Assembly: GCA_019058315.1 (NCBI GenBank)
Contig: JAHPZH010000002.1
Location: 704,001-768,000 of the forward strand
Length of the DNA stretch: 64,000 bases
Reading direction: 5' to 3'
DNA from: Candidatus Helarchaeota archaeon
GTDB lineage: Archaea > Asgardarchaeota > Lokiarchaeia > Helarchaeales > RDOG01
In this document: piece after piece, positions 40,713-51,332 of the stretch
How positions within the stretch are numbered: position 1 is the first letter of the stretch
How the letters are laid out: every line of letters starts with the position of its first letter
Made by a program: the position numbers and the translations under genes
The notes under the pieces: generated by a model
Told to the model about the DNA's origin: nothing
What the model saw: only the letters and a program-made list of their open reading frames with translations
Database searches by the model: none

Positions 40713-42725
40713 TTGGATTATATTTCTCACTGGATGATTACACCAAATATTATAGAATCTCGTGAATATCAGCAAAATATTTCAAATACTAGTTCTCAAA
40801 AAAACACATTAGTCATATTGCCGACAGCACTTGGAAAAACAATAATAGCGTTATTAACAGCAGTTAAACGATTAGATGTTTATCCTTGGGCTAAAATACT
40901 CTTTATGGCTCCTACAAGACCTTTGGTTTTGCAACATTATAAGACATTTTCAGAATTTTTAATTTATGATGAAAATAAAGTCTCTGCGATTACAGGAAAA
41001 AATGTTCCAAGAGAAAGAACTATGTTATGGGAACAATCCCAAATTATTTTTACAACTCCCCAAGTTGTTAAAAATGATTTAGAAAATGAACGATATGATC
41101 TTAGCGAAGTAGCATTAGTTATTTTTGATGAAGCACATCGAGCACGCCAGAATTATGCATATACTAAAATTGCTATGAATTACGTTAAAAATAACACTGA
41201 TCCATTAATTTTAGCTTTGACTGCTTCTCCTGGAAAAAACAAAGAACGAATTCAAGAAATAAGTAATCATCTATTTATTGAAGCTATTGAGATGCGTACC
41301 GAAAAGGATGAGGATGTGAAGCAATACGTAAATCCAATTCATATAGAATGGTATAAATTAAAACTTCCAAGAGAATATTTTGGCATAAGGAATCAATTAG
41401 AATCATTGCTTCACAAATTTCTTAAACGCTTACATTACATGAAGTTTTTTTTGAATAAACCAATTCAATATATTTCAAAAATGGATTTAATCAACCTCGG
41501 GAATAAACTTCGAACATACGTTGATAGTAATTATACAAATCAACGTAAAACTTATTATTATTCCGCTTTAAGTATTCAAGCTGCGGCTGTGTCTTTAATG
41601 CATGCAATGGAACTATTAACCACACAAGACATCGAGACATTCTTAAATTTCCTAAATAAAATGGAACGAAATTCGAATGGAAATCATAGAAAATATACTT
41701 TAAAAATAGTAAATGACCCCCAATTTCAAAAATTAAAAGCTATGACTCAAATGTATGCAAATATCGACCACACAAAAATGAATCGTGTCAGAGATATCAT
41801 TTTAGATGAAATAAAAACTAATGAAAACTCAAAAATTATTGTTTTTACTCAATTTCGAGATACGGCTTCAAAAATTGTCGATAAATTACAAATCCTCCCT
41901 AATATTCATCCAGTACGCTTTGTAGGACAGAGTTCGAAGGAGGAAGACATAGGTTTAACTCAAAGTGAACAAGCTGAAATTTTAGAAGAATTTAGTTATG
42001 GAAAATATAATATATTAGTTGCGACTTGTATTGCCGAAGAAGGACTAGATATTCCATCTGTTGAATTAGTAGTTTTTTACGAACCTATACCAAGCGAAAT
42101 ACGCTATATTCAACGTAGAGGACGAACTGGTCGTAAGAAATTTGGGAAGGTAAAAATCTTAATTGCTGAAAAAACATTAGATGAAGCATTTTTTTATGCA
42201 TCTTTGAAACGAGAGAAAGAAATGAAGTCCATAGTTTCCAGACTTGAAAAGGATTTAGATGTTAAAATAAACAGAATCCCATTAAAAAAGCCCGAAAAGC
42301 CAAGTGTTACTGATAAAATAAGTGATATTAATAAAAAATATAAAATTGATAAAAAGAAGAGTTCAAAAAGTAAAACACCTAGTTTTGATCCTAGGAATTA
42401 TAGCTTGGAATTAGAAAAAGGGAAAGTAACAGTTCTTTCCGATAATAAAGTCAATAAACTTAAAGTTAAAAAATGTCAGAAATCTACTCAACTCCTCACA
42501 AATTACAAACCAATAAAAACCAAAGGACTAAGTAATGCTGTGAAATGGGTTATAAGAAGGGCAGGCGAATGTGATAATGGAGATGGGATTAATATTGAAG
42601 AATTTTTAAAAAAATCTGAACTAGAAAATTTTGATCCGGATCTAATCTTAGCAGCAATCTCAAATCTTATTAATGAGGGGCTATTATATCAGCCAAATTC
42701 CCTTAAAATATGTGTTGTAAAATAA
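40713..42725 (+). CDS. Hef/FANCM-like SF2 helicase (no ERCC4 nuclease domain)
   Basis: REYQ, PTALGKT, PTRPLV, DEAHRA, LTASPG, EEGLDIP, QRRGRTGR motifs. Confidence 0.93.
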   Translation: MDYISHWMITPNIIESREYQQNISNTSSQKNTLVILPTALGKTIIALLTAVKRLDVYPWAKILFMAPTRPLVLQHYKTFSEFLIYDENKVSAITGKNVPRERTMLWEQSQIIFTTPQVVKNDLENERYDLSEVALVIFDEAHRARQNYAYTKIAMNYVKNNTDPLILALTASPGKNKERIQEISNHLFIEAIEMRTEKDEDVKQYVNPIHIEWYKLKLPREYFGIRNQLESLLHKFLKRLHYMKFFLNKPIQYISKMDLINLGNKLRTYVDSNYTNQRKTYYYSALSIQAAAVSLMHAMELLTTQDIETFLNFLNKMERNSNGNHRKYTLKIVNDPQFQKLKAMTQMYANIDHTKMNRVRDIILDEIKTNENSKIIVFTQFRDTASKIVDKLQILPNIHPVRFVGQSSKEEDIGLTQSEQAEILEEFSYGKYNILVATCIAEEGLDIPSVELVVFYEPIPSEIRYIQRRGRTGRKKFGKVKILIAEKTLDEAFFYASLKREKEMKSIVSRLEKDLDVKINRIPLKKPEKPSVTDKISDINKKYKIDKKKSSKSKTPSFDPRNYSLELEKGKVTVLSDNKVNKLKVKKCQKSTQLLTNYKPIKTKGLSNAVKWVIRRAGECDNGDGINIEEFLKKSELENFDPDLILAAISNLINEGLLYQPNSLKICVVK

Positions 42726-42733
42726 AAGGCTCT

Positions 42734-43318
42734 TTACCATAATATTTTCAGTAAAATATTTCCAACATTCCAAGCATCATCAATTGCTCTATGATGAAGA
42801 CCTTCGTGAGGTAAGTTCAATATTTCAAGAGCTTTCATCATACCAACTTCTTGGGACAATTTTTTATTAAAAGCAAATAAATTTTTTACATTAATATGGC
42901 TTGGACCAAATGGATAACCCACTTTAAATAATTCGCATTGTCTATGAAATTGATTTCTATCAAAATCTCCATAACTAGCCCATGTCCTCTTCTCTGTCAA
43001 ATATTTCTTTTTTAAAAGAGAACAAGCTTCCTTGAATGATATTCCTTTGTTAAGTTGCTCCTGAGTTAAATGTGTAAGCCTTGCACAAAACTCACTTAAG
43101 CTAGAAAGTTCCGGCTTTATTATTATGCATTCCTTCTCTAATTTACGTCCTTTAGCAACATCAATAGGACAAACACCTATCTCTATTATCTCAGCTTCCT
43201 CTCCTTTAGGTGGAGATCCTTCCCAACACGTTGCTTCAACATCAATTACAATAATTTGATCAAGTTTTTTAGCCAAATTAAATTCCACTTCTTTTGATTC
43301 TGTGTGAAAAAAAAACAA
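42734..43318 (-). CDS. DEDDh 3'-5' exonuclease (ERI-1/KapD-like)
   Basis: DVEATCW, EIIEIG, LSEFC..LT, GDFD, HHRAIDDA motifs. Confidence 0.92.
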   Translation of the reverse strand: MFFFHTESKEVEFNLAKKLDQIIVIDVEATCWEGSPPKGEEAEIIEIGVCPIDVAKGRKLEKECIIIKPELSSLSEFCARLTHLTQEQLNKGISFKEACSLLKKKYLTEKRTWASYGDFDRNQFHRQCELFKVGYPFGPSHINVKNLFAFNKKLSQEVGMMKALEILNLPHEGLHHRAIDDAWNVGNILLKILW

Positions 43319-43380
43319 TTACTACTTTTTATAATTAATGCTTAAAAAAGAAACTAAGAATTGTGGGAAATTATGATATT

Positions 43381-44661
43381 TTATAAAGTAAATTTAATTT
43401 TTAGAGTTTCTTTAAAATTTTTAATCTCGTTCCTTATAGTTACTCTTTCTTTACTTGTCGATTTTAATGTTCTAATAAACCAATCTGCTATTTTGCCAAT
43501 ATCTGATACATCAACTCCCGATCTAGCTAATTCTTGAGTTCCCATTCTACCAACATTGTCAACTATAATTCCTGATTCTTCAAGCATACCAGCTATTTTC
43601 ACAATCCCAAATTTCCATTTATTCATAAATTCCTCCTCTAACACATGGATTTGATGCGTTTTAGAAAAGCCTCTATGGGGACAGCGGATAAAAAAATCAT
43701 TTTCTGAAAGCATCTTTCCCAATTTTTGAGAGAGTTGAACTATTAATTTCGCATAAGGCTCTCCCCACTTTAATAACTCTTCTGTAGCTATTCCAAGAGC
43801 TGCTATACTTCCCCAATGAGAATTATCTTGCCATCTCCAAAAAAAATCTGTATTTATTTTTTCCATGAGTTCTTCTCTGTGAGTAAGAATAATTCCTCGT
43901 TGAGGGCCAAAAAATGTTTTGTGTGTACTTCCATAAAATATATCAGCACCATCTTTAATTGGATCTGGATACGCTTTTCCTGCAATTAGACCAAATATAT
44001 GAGATGCATCGAAAAAAATCATAGTCTCATGTTTAACATTTTCATCAAGTTCCTCTCTAACTCTTTTTATATCGAAAGGAAAGAGTGGAAAAGAGCTGCC
44101 AATAATAACTGCATTTGGTTGTACGCTCTTAAAATGTTTTTTCAGTGAATTATAATCTATATCCCAATTAGAATAATCGAATGGAAGAACCTTAGCTTTT
44201 ATTTGTAATAATTTGGGAAGAAGATGAGGCTCATATCCATCATAACCTCCTCCATCTACTGGTAAAAATGAAATTGTATCTCCTGGCTTAAGTAATGCCC
44301 CCATTGTTATCATAGCTGCTAAATGGCCGGAAAGTGGGCGGACATTAGAATAAGGAACATTAAAGAGCTTTTGAATTTTCTTGTTTGTCTCATTTTCTAC
44401 TTCATCCATATATCGCGTTCCTCTGTAGCCATTTTCAACGATCTCCCCATGAAGCTCTCCAGAGTATGGAAGGGTATATCTTGCTTCTAAATCAGAGGCA
44501 ATAGCTGCTGCTACTGCTGGAGAAAGAAGGTTTTCAGAAGGTATCATGTTTAATGTGGAATTTCGATAAGTCTGATGCTCAATAATTAAGCGAGAAATAT
44601 CTGATTTTTTTGAAATTTTTTGAAAAAATTCCTTAACATCCCAAATTGACAAATTTACCAC
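43381..44661 (-). CDS. glyA: Serine hydroxymethyltransferase (archaeal type)
   Basis: LNMIPSEN, YRGT, NVRPLSG, DASH..GLIAG, STHKTFFGPQ motifs. Confidence 0.88.
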   Translation of the reverse strand: MVNLSIWDVKEFFQKISKKSDISRLIIEHQTYRNSTLNMIPSENLLSPAVAAAIASDLEARYTLPYSGELHGEIVENGYRGTRYMDEVENETNKKIQKLFNVPYSNVRPLSGHLAAMITMGALLKPGDTISFLPVDGGGYDGYEPHLLPKLLQIKAKVLPFDYSNWDIDYNSLKKHFKSVQPNAVIIGSSFPLFPFDIKRVREELDENVKHETMIFFDASHIFGLIAGKAYPDPIKDGADIFYGSTHKTFFGPQRGIILTHREELMEKINTDFFWRWQDNSHWGSIAALGIATEELLKWGEPYAKLIVQLSQKLGKMLSENDFFIRCPHRGFSKTHQIHVLEEEFMNKWKFGIVKIAGMLEESGIIVDNVGRMGTQELARSGVDVSDIGKIADWFIRTLKSTSKERVTIRNEIKNFKETLKIKFTL

Positions 44662-44739
44662 ATTCTTAATAATTCTTGACGTAATGTATATATTTGAATA
44701 ATATGAAAATTAATTAATTGGTTTTTTGGTGATTTTAAT

Positions 44740-45783
44740 TTGCCTTGTACAACCATTGGAGTAGTTCCTCCAGCAACTTGCGATGGACAAGCTTATTTAT
44801 CTTGGAATTTAGATATAATGCGACCCATCAAATTAGTTCTTAACAGATGTAAATTTTTTATCACTCCAAATGAGCCTTATTCTTATGTATCATTTGGATT
44901 GCCAAATCTTGGCGGTTTTGGGTTAATGAATGAGACAGGGCTATCAGCAGTAGGAAATGCGGTAGGTGTCATGGATGGAAATCCTTACGGAAAAATAATA
45001 TGGTCTTTATGGGCTGATGCACTCAAAAATTATTCAAATGTTGAAGAAGTAACTTCACATCTTGAAAAAGCGACCCGTATGGCTGTTCCTGGTGCTAATT
45101 TATCAATTTTTATGAATTTAAATACCATGTGGATGGATAGCGGTGGAAATGCCGCAATAATTGAATACTCTGGAAGCCATGTTGCTGTAAAATATATTGA
45201 AGAAACAGGTGTTCTTGTAGAAACAAATCACCATCAATTTTTGGATCGAAAAAAATCCGGCTCTGGTGATCCATTAAAACAAAAAGCTTTATCTGGATCA
45301 TATGCTAGATTAGGAAGGGCATGGGAACTAGCAAAAAAATGGGATGGGCAATTTGATTTAGAAAAAGTGAAAAAATTTGCTTCTGATCATGAAAAAAATT
45401 ATGATTTACTAAAGGAATTTGGAATTGGTCCTGATAAGATAATTGATGATACAACTATTTGTTGTCATTATTGGAATCATACGAGATATATGCAACAAAA
45501 TAAAATCTTTCAAGCTTTAGAGGAAGTTGCAGCAGGAGAAACTCTTATGGGATTTATCATGGAACCGATTAAAAAAAGAATCCACTGGTGTCCTGAAAAA
45601 CCATGCCGGACTCCTTATAAAACCTATGATGCGGCAAAAGCATTCAAAAAAGCTAATGAATATAAGAAAAAACATAAATTGCCAAAAAAAATTGATATTT
45701 TTGATTCGAAATTCTTCAATAAATATGTTTTAAAATTTCTTTATTGGTCCTTCTCTTCGCTAGATAAATTAATTCCAATATAA
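44740..45783 (+). CDS. Ntn-hydrolase, peptidase C45/AAT-like
   Basis: N-terminal CTT, WNLD, MNETGL, ETNH, S..R motifs; GGTGA RBS 7 nt before the TTG start. Confidence 0.75.
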   Translation: MPCTTIGVVPPATCDGQAYLSWNLDIMRPIKLVLNRCKFFITPNEPYSYVSFGLPNLGGFGLMNETGLSAVGNAVGVMDGNPYGKIIWSLWADALKNYSNVEEVTSHLEKATRMAVPGANLSIFMNLNTMWMDSGGNAAIIEYSGSHVAVKYIEETGVLVETNHHQFLDRKKSGSGDPLKQKALSGSYARLGRAWELAKKWDGQFDLEKVKKFASDHEKNYDLLKEFGIGPDKIIDDTTICCHYWNHTRYMQQNKIFQALEEVAAGETLMGFIMEPIKKRIHWCPEKPCRTPYKTYDAAKAFKKANEYKKKHKLPKKIDIFDSKFFNKYVLKFLYWSFSSLDKLIPI

Positions 45784-45912
45784 TTTTTGTTTTTTATTTC
45801 TCTAATATTTTGTTCCTATAGTTGACAAAATTTAATATCAAATAAATAGTTGTCAGTGTCTTTAGATATATGAAATAATACATACAATTAAATCAGTAAT
45901 TAAATCATTAAG

Positions 45913-46794
45913 TTGTTTATTCAAATGTTAATAACTCATAAACTGTATAATATGGACTGTTTGGAGGGTATGAGAAAATATATAGAAGATTCTTCCATTG
46001 ATCTCGTCATTACTTCACCCCCATATAATATTAAATTAAAAGCTAGAAATGAATATACAAAAAATTATATGGATAACTTATCAGAAGAAGCATATCGCGG
46101 AAAAATAAAAGAATTGATTGAAGAATTAATCAGGGTAACTAAAGATGATGGCTCTATATGGATAAATATGAAAAGTCGATATTTCAATGAGGAAAGGAAG
46201 GTTGTCACTGCAACTTATGGCAGTTTGGAACCACCAACTTGGATATTAGAATATACTTGGGGTAAATTATACTTAAAAAATTTGGTCATTTGGAATTATG
46301 ATATAAACAGCGATACGAAAAATAATAAATTCCATCCACGATATGAATTCTTTTTTTGGTTTACAAAGAAGGCGAAGGATTATAAATTCTTTTTAGATGA
46401 AATTCGAGTTATCCCAAAGACAAGAGATAAACGAAACAACCCGAAAGGGGCAAATCCTACTGATGTTTGGTATATCCCCCTCGTAAAAGGAAATTCTCGA
46501 GAAAGAAACTTTCATCCAGCTCAATATCCAGAGAAATTAGTTGAGAGAATCATGAAAGGTTGTAGTGAAGAATATGATACTATATTAGACCCCTTTCTTG
46601 GATCGGGAACTACTATGGTCGTTGCTAAAAAATTAAACCGAAATTGTATTGGATTTGAAATTAATAGTGAATATGTTAAAAATACGGAAAAAAGAATGAA
46701 TTTAGCTCAAAAAAGTATAACTGAATTCAGAACATCAAACACTCCTACCATAAAAAATGTTATTGTAAATCAACTTGAAATAATTAAAAGATAA
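45913..46794 (+). CDS. Site-specific DNA methyltransferase (N4-C/N6-A, beta class)
   Basis: TSPPYN (motif IV) precedes HPAQYP and DPFLGSGTT (motif I). Confidence 0.95.
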   Translation: MFIQMLITHKLYNMDCLEGMRKYIEDSSIDLVITSPPYNIKLKARNEYTKNYMDNLSEEAYRGKIKELIEELIRVTKDDGSIWINMKSRYFNEERKVVTATYGSLEPPTWILEYTWGKLYLKNLVIWNYDINSDTKNNKFHPRYEFFFWFTKKAKDYKFFLDEIRVIPKTRDKRNNPKGANPTDVWYIPLVKGNSRERNFHPAQYPEKLVERIMKGCSEEYDTILDPFLGSGTTMVVAKKLNRNCIGFEINSEYVKNTEKRMNLAQKSITEFRTSNTPTIKNVIVNQLEIIKR

Positions 46795-46816
46795 AAAAAG
46801 AAAAAAAGTTTGAAAA

Positions 46817-48112
46817 TTATTTTCTCTTTTTAATAATTATGATTATAATGATTACTACTGTAGCTAAACCTATTCCAATTATTGAGAATAGTATTATTGG
46901 TTGATCTCCAGCTCCTATTTGTTGCATTCCTACCCCTAAAATTAAAAATTGAAGATCTTCTTCACTTGAGATAGGATTGTAAAATAAGTATACATGTTGA
47001 TCTAGTGAGCCTGCAACGATATATTGACCATTTACTGAAATCGCAACGTCTAGAATCATTCCTCCAGTTGTATAGTTCCATATAAATCCTTTCCTACTGA
47101 GGAGAGTTATATTGCCACTATTATCTCCTGCAACAATGAATTTGCCATCTGCTGAGATTGCCACAGTATAAACATTATATCCAGTATCATAATCCCATAC
47201 TTTAGTACCATCTTGCCTCAATAAAATAACTTTATTATCATCACTTCCAGCCACTATATATTTTCCATCTTGCGAAATTGCCACCGAGTTAACCGAGTCA
47301 TTAGTTGTAAAATTCCACATTAAACCAGTTCTGTTAGACAAAGTAACATTATTAGATGAACTTCCAGCTGCTACATAATAACCATCAGATGTCATATCTA
47401 CTGACCAGACGATACCTCCCATAAAAAGATCCCAAATTACTGTTCCGTTAGTATAACCATAAGTAACGTAGCTAGAATCACCTCCACAAACAGCAAACTG
47501 ATAATCTGCCGACACATCCATGGAACGGATAGTGTCTGCTGAAATAGGACCGCTCAACATTAAGTTAATTCCGTTGAATTCAGGGTTAAATGTGTTAAAC
47601 GAAGTTCCCCATCCATTTATATCTCCAACAATAAAATAAGAACCATTTTCTATTATTGTAGTTGTAAGTAACATATTTGCCGATGTGTAGTAATCTAAAA
47701 ATCCAGTTTGGTTAAATAAAGTAATATTATTAGCACTATCTATTGACACCATATATTGACCATCTGCAGAAATAACTACATCAAATATATTGGCTCCTGA
47801 ATTATAAAACCACTGAATACCATCCTTCTCATATAATGAAACATTACAAGGACCTAGTGACCATTCTCCTACTACAAAATATCTCCCATCTGCTGACATA
47901 TCTATAAAATAAGGAGTATTTGTAGTGGACCAATTATTTAACAAATTAGGAGTTGTAGATGTTTTAAGAACGTCAGTTGCTCTTTTATTTTTCAAAAGGT
48001 TGTTATTCCATAGTTGACTATTATTCGGTAATGTAACAAAACTTGTAAAAAATACTATAAATATCAATAAAATTTGAGAAATCAATAGACTTATAATTTT
48101 ATTTCTCTTCAT
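46817..48112 (-). CDS. Membrane-anchored WD40/PQQ-like beta-propeller protein
   Basis: Signal peptide; repeats VAISxDGxYIVAGSxD; C-terminal TM plus KKRK. Confidence 0.88.
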   Translation of the reverse strand: MKRNKIISLLISQILLIFIVFFTSFVTLPNNSQLWNNNLLKNKRATDVLKTSTTPNLLNNWSTTNTPYFIDMSADGRYFVVGEWSLGPCNVSLYEKDGIQWFYNSGANIFDVVISADGQYMVSIDSANNITLFNQTGFLDYYTSANMLLTTTIIENGSYFIVGDINGWGTSFNTFNPEFNGINLMLSGPISADTIRSMDVSADYQFAVCGGDSSYVTYGYTNGTVIWDLFMGGIVWSVDMTSDGYYVAAGSSSNNVTLSNRTGLMWNFTTNDSVNSVAISQDGKYIVAGSDDNKVILLRQDGTKVWDYDTGYNVYTVAISADGKFIVAGDNSGNITLLSRKGFIWNYTTGGMILDVAISVNGQYIVAGSLDQHVYLFYNPISSEEDLQFLILGVGMQQIGAGDQPIILFSIIGIGLATVVIIIIIIIKKRK

Positions 48113-48270
48113 AATTTTCCCTTGATTAAAATAGTAATTTCCAATATTAAAATAAGAATAAAATCTTTACTGCTTAAAATTCAAATAATCATGATTAATC
48201 AAAATTAAATATTAAACAATAAATGAAGAAATTAGAATATCAATATTCTCGTTTATTTATTTCTTATAAT

Positions 48271-49107
48271 TTAAAGCTTAAGTTCTTTGATTTCATAATC
48301 TTTTATTCCCAAACCATATTCAATTGAGTATGAAAGATGTTTTACGTCACTGAATTCTTTTTTAGGGTATGCCGGAGTATGTTTTTTTAATAATTTAAAA
48401 CCAAAGATATCTAATGCAACTGGATTGGTTCCAGCTATCATGTAACCAAGATCAAGAGGTTTCCCACCAAGTCGTAATTCATTAGCTACCATCATTGTTT
48501 TAATCGCATCCATGATAGTAAGGTGAAATTTAGGTCCTCTATCTTTATATAACAGCCAATTAGCTTCTGCAATCAATTTATCAACATCATTCCCGCCAGT
48601 ATGCATTTCAACCCTCTGCTTTCTATCAAAATATCCAACAACATTCTTTAATGCACCAGTCATTGTGCAAACTGGGTGAAATTTTAATACAGGTAAAGAA
48701 ATTATGCAATCAAATTCATTAAATGGTACGCTCGACATTTTAACAACGTATCCACGTTCCGTCTTCAGTTCCTCCATTTTTTCTTGATAAAAGTCAATAA
48801 ATGGAACATTTAGTTTCTCACAAAGGTTCTTGATTGGAGTATTTTTCATTTTTCTCTTAAATAAATCAAATGAATATCCATCTCCAACAAAAATACTAGT
48901 TTGAAGCTTTTCTAGAAATTGAATTACTGTCTCTAAAGTCTCTATATGTGTGGTTGTGGGATATTCATTATAAGATACTAGGTTTGGTTTTATTAGAATT
49001 TTACCTTTTAGTTGATTTTCAAAAATTTTTAAGATTTCAGTAATAAATTTCTTTCTTTGACTGGTTTTAGCAAAATAAACAAGGTTTCCCGACATTAAAA
49101 TAAACAA
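48271..49107 (-). CDS. DUF362 domain protein
   Basis: ILIKPNLV, TTH, ISLPVLKFH...TGALKN, NPVALD motifs. Confidence 0.88.
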   Translation of the reverse strand: MFILMSGNLVYFAKTSQRKKFITEILKIFENQLKGKILIKPNLVSYNEYPTTTHIETLETVIQFLEKLQTSIFVGDGYSFDLFKRKMKNTPIKNLCEKLNVPFIDFYQEKMEELKTERGYVVKMSSVPFNEFDCIISLPVLKFHPVCTMTGALKNVVGYFDRKQRVEMHTGGNDVDKLIAEANWLLYKDRGPKFHLTIMDAIKTMMVANELRLGGKPLDLGYMIAGTNPVALDIFGFKLLKKHTPAYPKKEFSDVKHLSYSIEYGLGIKDYEIKELKL

Positions 49108-49336
49108 ACCTAAAAAATTATTTAATAATTTTATTGATTTTTTATAATACGTATTTAGTACTTATTGACTAATTAATGGCATAATTGATACTGTTTAAAA
49201 TTAGAGAATAACATTTAATAATCTGCTCTCTATGTTTATTTTAAATTGTATATTCAAATTGAAACTTGAAACTATTTTCTGAAATGACATATTAAATTAA
49301 ATATTAACGAAAATAACTCAAGGAGTTTGAAGAATT

Positions 49337-50620
49337 ATGGGTAAACTTGGAAGAGAAGTTGCCATTGTTGCTGTAGGTATGTGTAAATTCGGGAATTATT
49401 CAAAATATGGTAAGCCAGAAAACATGAAAACATCAAGAGACTTATGGCTTGAAGCATATGAGGATATGCTCAAACATATCGATAAAATGAACAATATACA
49501 AGAAGAAGTTGAATGTTTATACTTAGGAAATTTTTCCTCTGATTTATTTGAAGGTCAAGGGCATTTAGCACCATTGATGGCAGAATTAATTGGTTTAGTT
49601 CCAAAACCTGCAATGCGTGTTGAAGATGCATGTGTAAGCGGCGGTGTTGCACTGCGATTAGGTGTCTTAGCGGTAGCTAGCGGGTTCTACGATACAGTTA
49701 TATCTGGAGGAGTCGAGAAAATGTGCGATTTGACTACTGCAGGTGTAACAGACACATTGGCTGCTGCATCTGACTTAATTTACGAACTTCCTTATGGTTC
49801 GACTTTTCCTGGATTATATGCTAATGTTGCTACTGCTCACATGGCAAAATTCGAAACAACTGAAGAACAAATGCACCGTGTTGCTATAAAAAATCATAAT
49901 AACGGTTCGTTAAATCCAAAAGCACAAATGCCAATAACAATTAAACAGATGATGGAAAAAACTAAGAAGAAATTGGAAGCTAAAGGAAGACCAATACCTG
50001 ATTGGAAGGATGAAATGGATTATCTAATGGACAAATCCGCAAATCCTATGATCGCATATCCATTAAGACTTAATGATTGTTCATTAGTTACCGATGGAGC
50101 TGCGATGTGCATAATTACTACTAAAGAAAAAGCAAAAAAGTGGACCGACACTCCCGTATATATAATTGGATCTGGACAAGGTAGTGACACCCTTGCCTTA
50201 CATTCCCGCCCTGAGAGATATACTCTAAGGGCTGCTGTTCAGGCTTCTAAAGAAGCTTTTAAAATGGCAGGAGTAGGACCTAAAGATATCCAATGTGCTG
50301 AAGTTCATGATTGTTTTACCATAGCTGAACTTGTGGCAATGGAAGATTTAGGATTTTTCCCTAGAGGTGAAGCTGCGCAAGCGGTAGAACAGGGATTAAC
50401 GGAATTAAATGCTCAATTACCAATAAATACAAGTGGCGGTCTTAAAAGCAAAGGACATCCAATCGGAGCATCAGGAATTGGACAGATGGTTGAGATATTT
50501 AAGCAAATGAGAGGACAAGCCGAAGGTAAAAGACAATTAAAAGATAGACCTGAAATTGCGTTAACACATAATGTTGGAGGCAGTGGTGGTAGTTGTGCCA
50601 TCCATATTTACAAAGTCTAG
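49337..50620 (+). CDS. Thiolase (acetyl-CoA acyltransferase, archaeal/SCP-x type)
   Basis: VEDACVSG, DCSLVTDGAA, EVHDCFT, NTSGGLKSKGHPIGASG, HNVGG motifs. Confidence 0.95.
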   Translation: MGKLGREVAIVAVGMCKFGNYSKYGKPENMKTSRDLWLEAYEDMLKHIDKMNNIQEEVECLYLGNFSSDLFEGQGHLAPLMAELIGLVPKPAMRVEDACVSGGVALRLGVLAVASGFYDTVISGGVEKMCDLTTAGVTDTLAAASDLIYELPYGSTFPGLYANVATAHMAKFETTEEQMHRVAIKNHNNGSLNPKAQMPITIKQMMEKTKKKLEAKGRPIPDWKDEMDYLMDKSANPMIAYPLRLNDCSLVTDGAAMCIITTKEKAKKWTDTPVYIIGSGQGSDTLALHSRPERYTLRAAVQASKEAFKMAGVGPKDIQCAEVHDCFTIAELVAMEDLGFFPRGEAAQAVEQGLTELNAQLPINTSGGLKSKGHPIGASGIGQMVEIFKQMRGQAEGKRQLKDRPEIALTHNVGGSGGSCAIHIYKV

Positions 50621-50628
50621 GAGGTTGA

Positions 50629-51075
50629 ATGATGTCTGAAAAACCATTTACTGTGCAAAGTTACATTGATTTTATTAATGAAAAAAAATTAATGGGAACA
50701 AAGTGCAAAGATTGTGGAAACATTGATCTTCCTCCTAAATCGATTTGTTCTAAGTGCTTTAAAGACAATGTAGAATGGATAGAAGTTGAAGGCAAAGGAA
50801 AATTAGCTACATTCTCTGCTATTCATGTTGGTACTACTTTAATGAATAATAAAGGGTATTCTATGAAAAAACCATATCTATTTGGTACAATTGACCTAGA
50901 TTGTGGAGTTTCTATCAGTTCACATATTAAAGGATTTGATGAATTAAATCCTGAAAAAATAAAATTTGGCACTCGATTAAAAGCAAATTTCGAAGATGGC
51001 ACGGAAACATTCGTAGATAGAAAGGGAAATGCTTCTGAAAGACCTAAAGTATTTTTATCTTTCGTTCCTGAATAA
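50629..51075 (+). CDS. DUF35 Zn-ribbon/OB-fold thiolase partner
   Basis: CKDCG...PP...CSKC plus OB fold, directly downstream of the thiolase. Confidence 0.92.
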   Translation: MMSEKPFTVQSYIDFINEKKLMGTKCKDCGNIDLPPKSICSKCFKDNVEWIEVEGKGKLATFSAIHVGTTLMNNKGYSMKKPYLFGTIDLDCGVSISSHIKGFDELNPEKIKFGTRLKANFEDGTETFVDRKGNASERPKVFLSFVPE

Positions 51076-51332
51076 TATCTATTTTATTTTTTTCTTTTTC
51101 TCTATAAATCTTAAATTTTTAAAATTAATAGTTGGTTTAAGTTGATTTTTTAAGGTTTTTCAATTTTCTTACTATTTAATCATTTAATATAATAATAATA
51201 AAAAATTGAAAAAATCAATAAAGAATTAATTTTTAAGATTTAGTAAAATAAAATCTCATTTACAAATTCTACAAAGCCTTCAAATGATTAAATATTGATA
51301 TAAAGAGAGACATTAATTGGGATAGTTATAAA

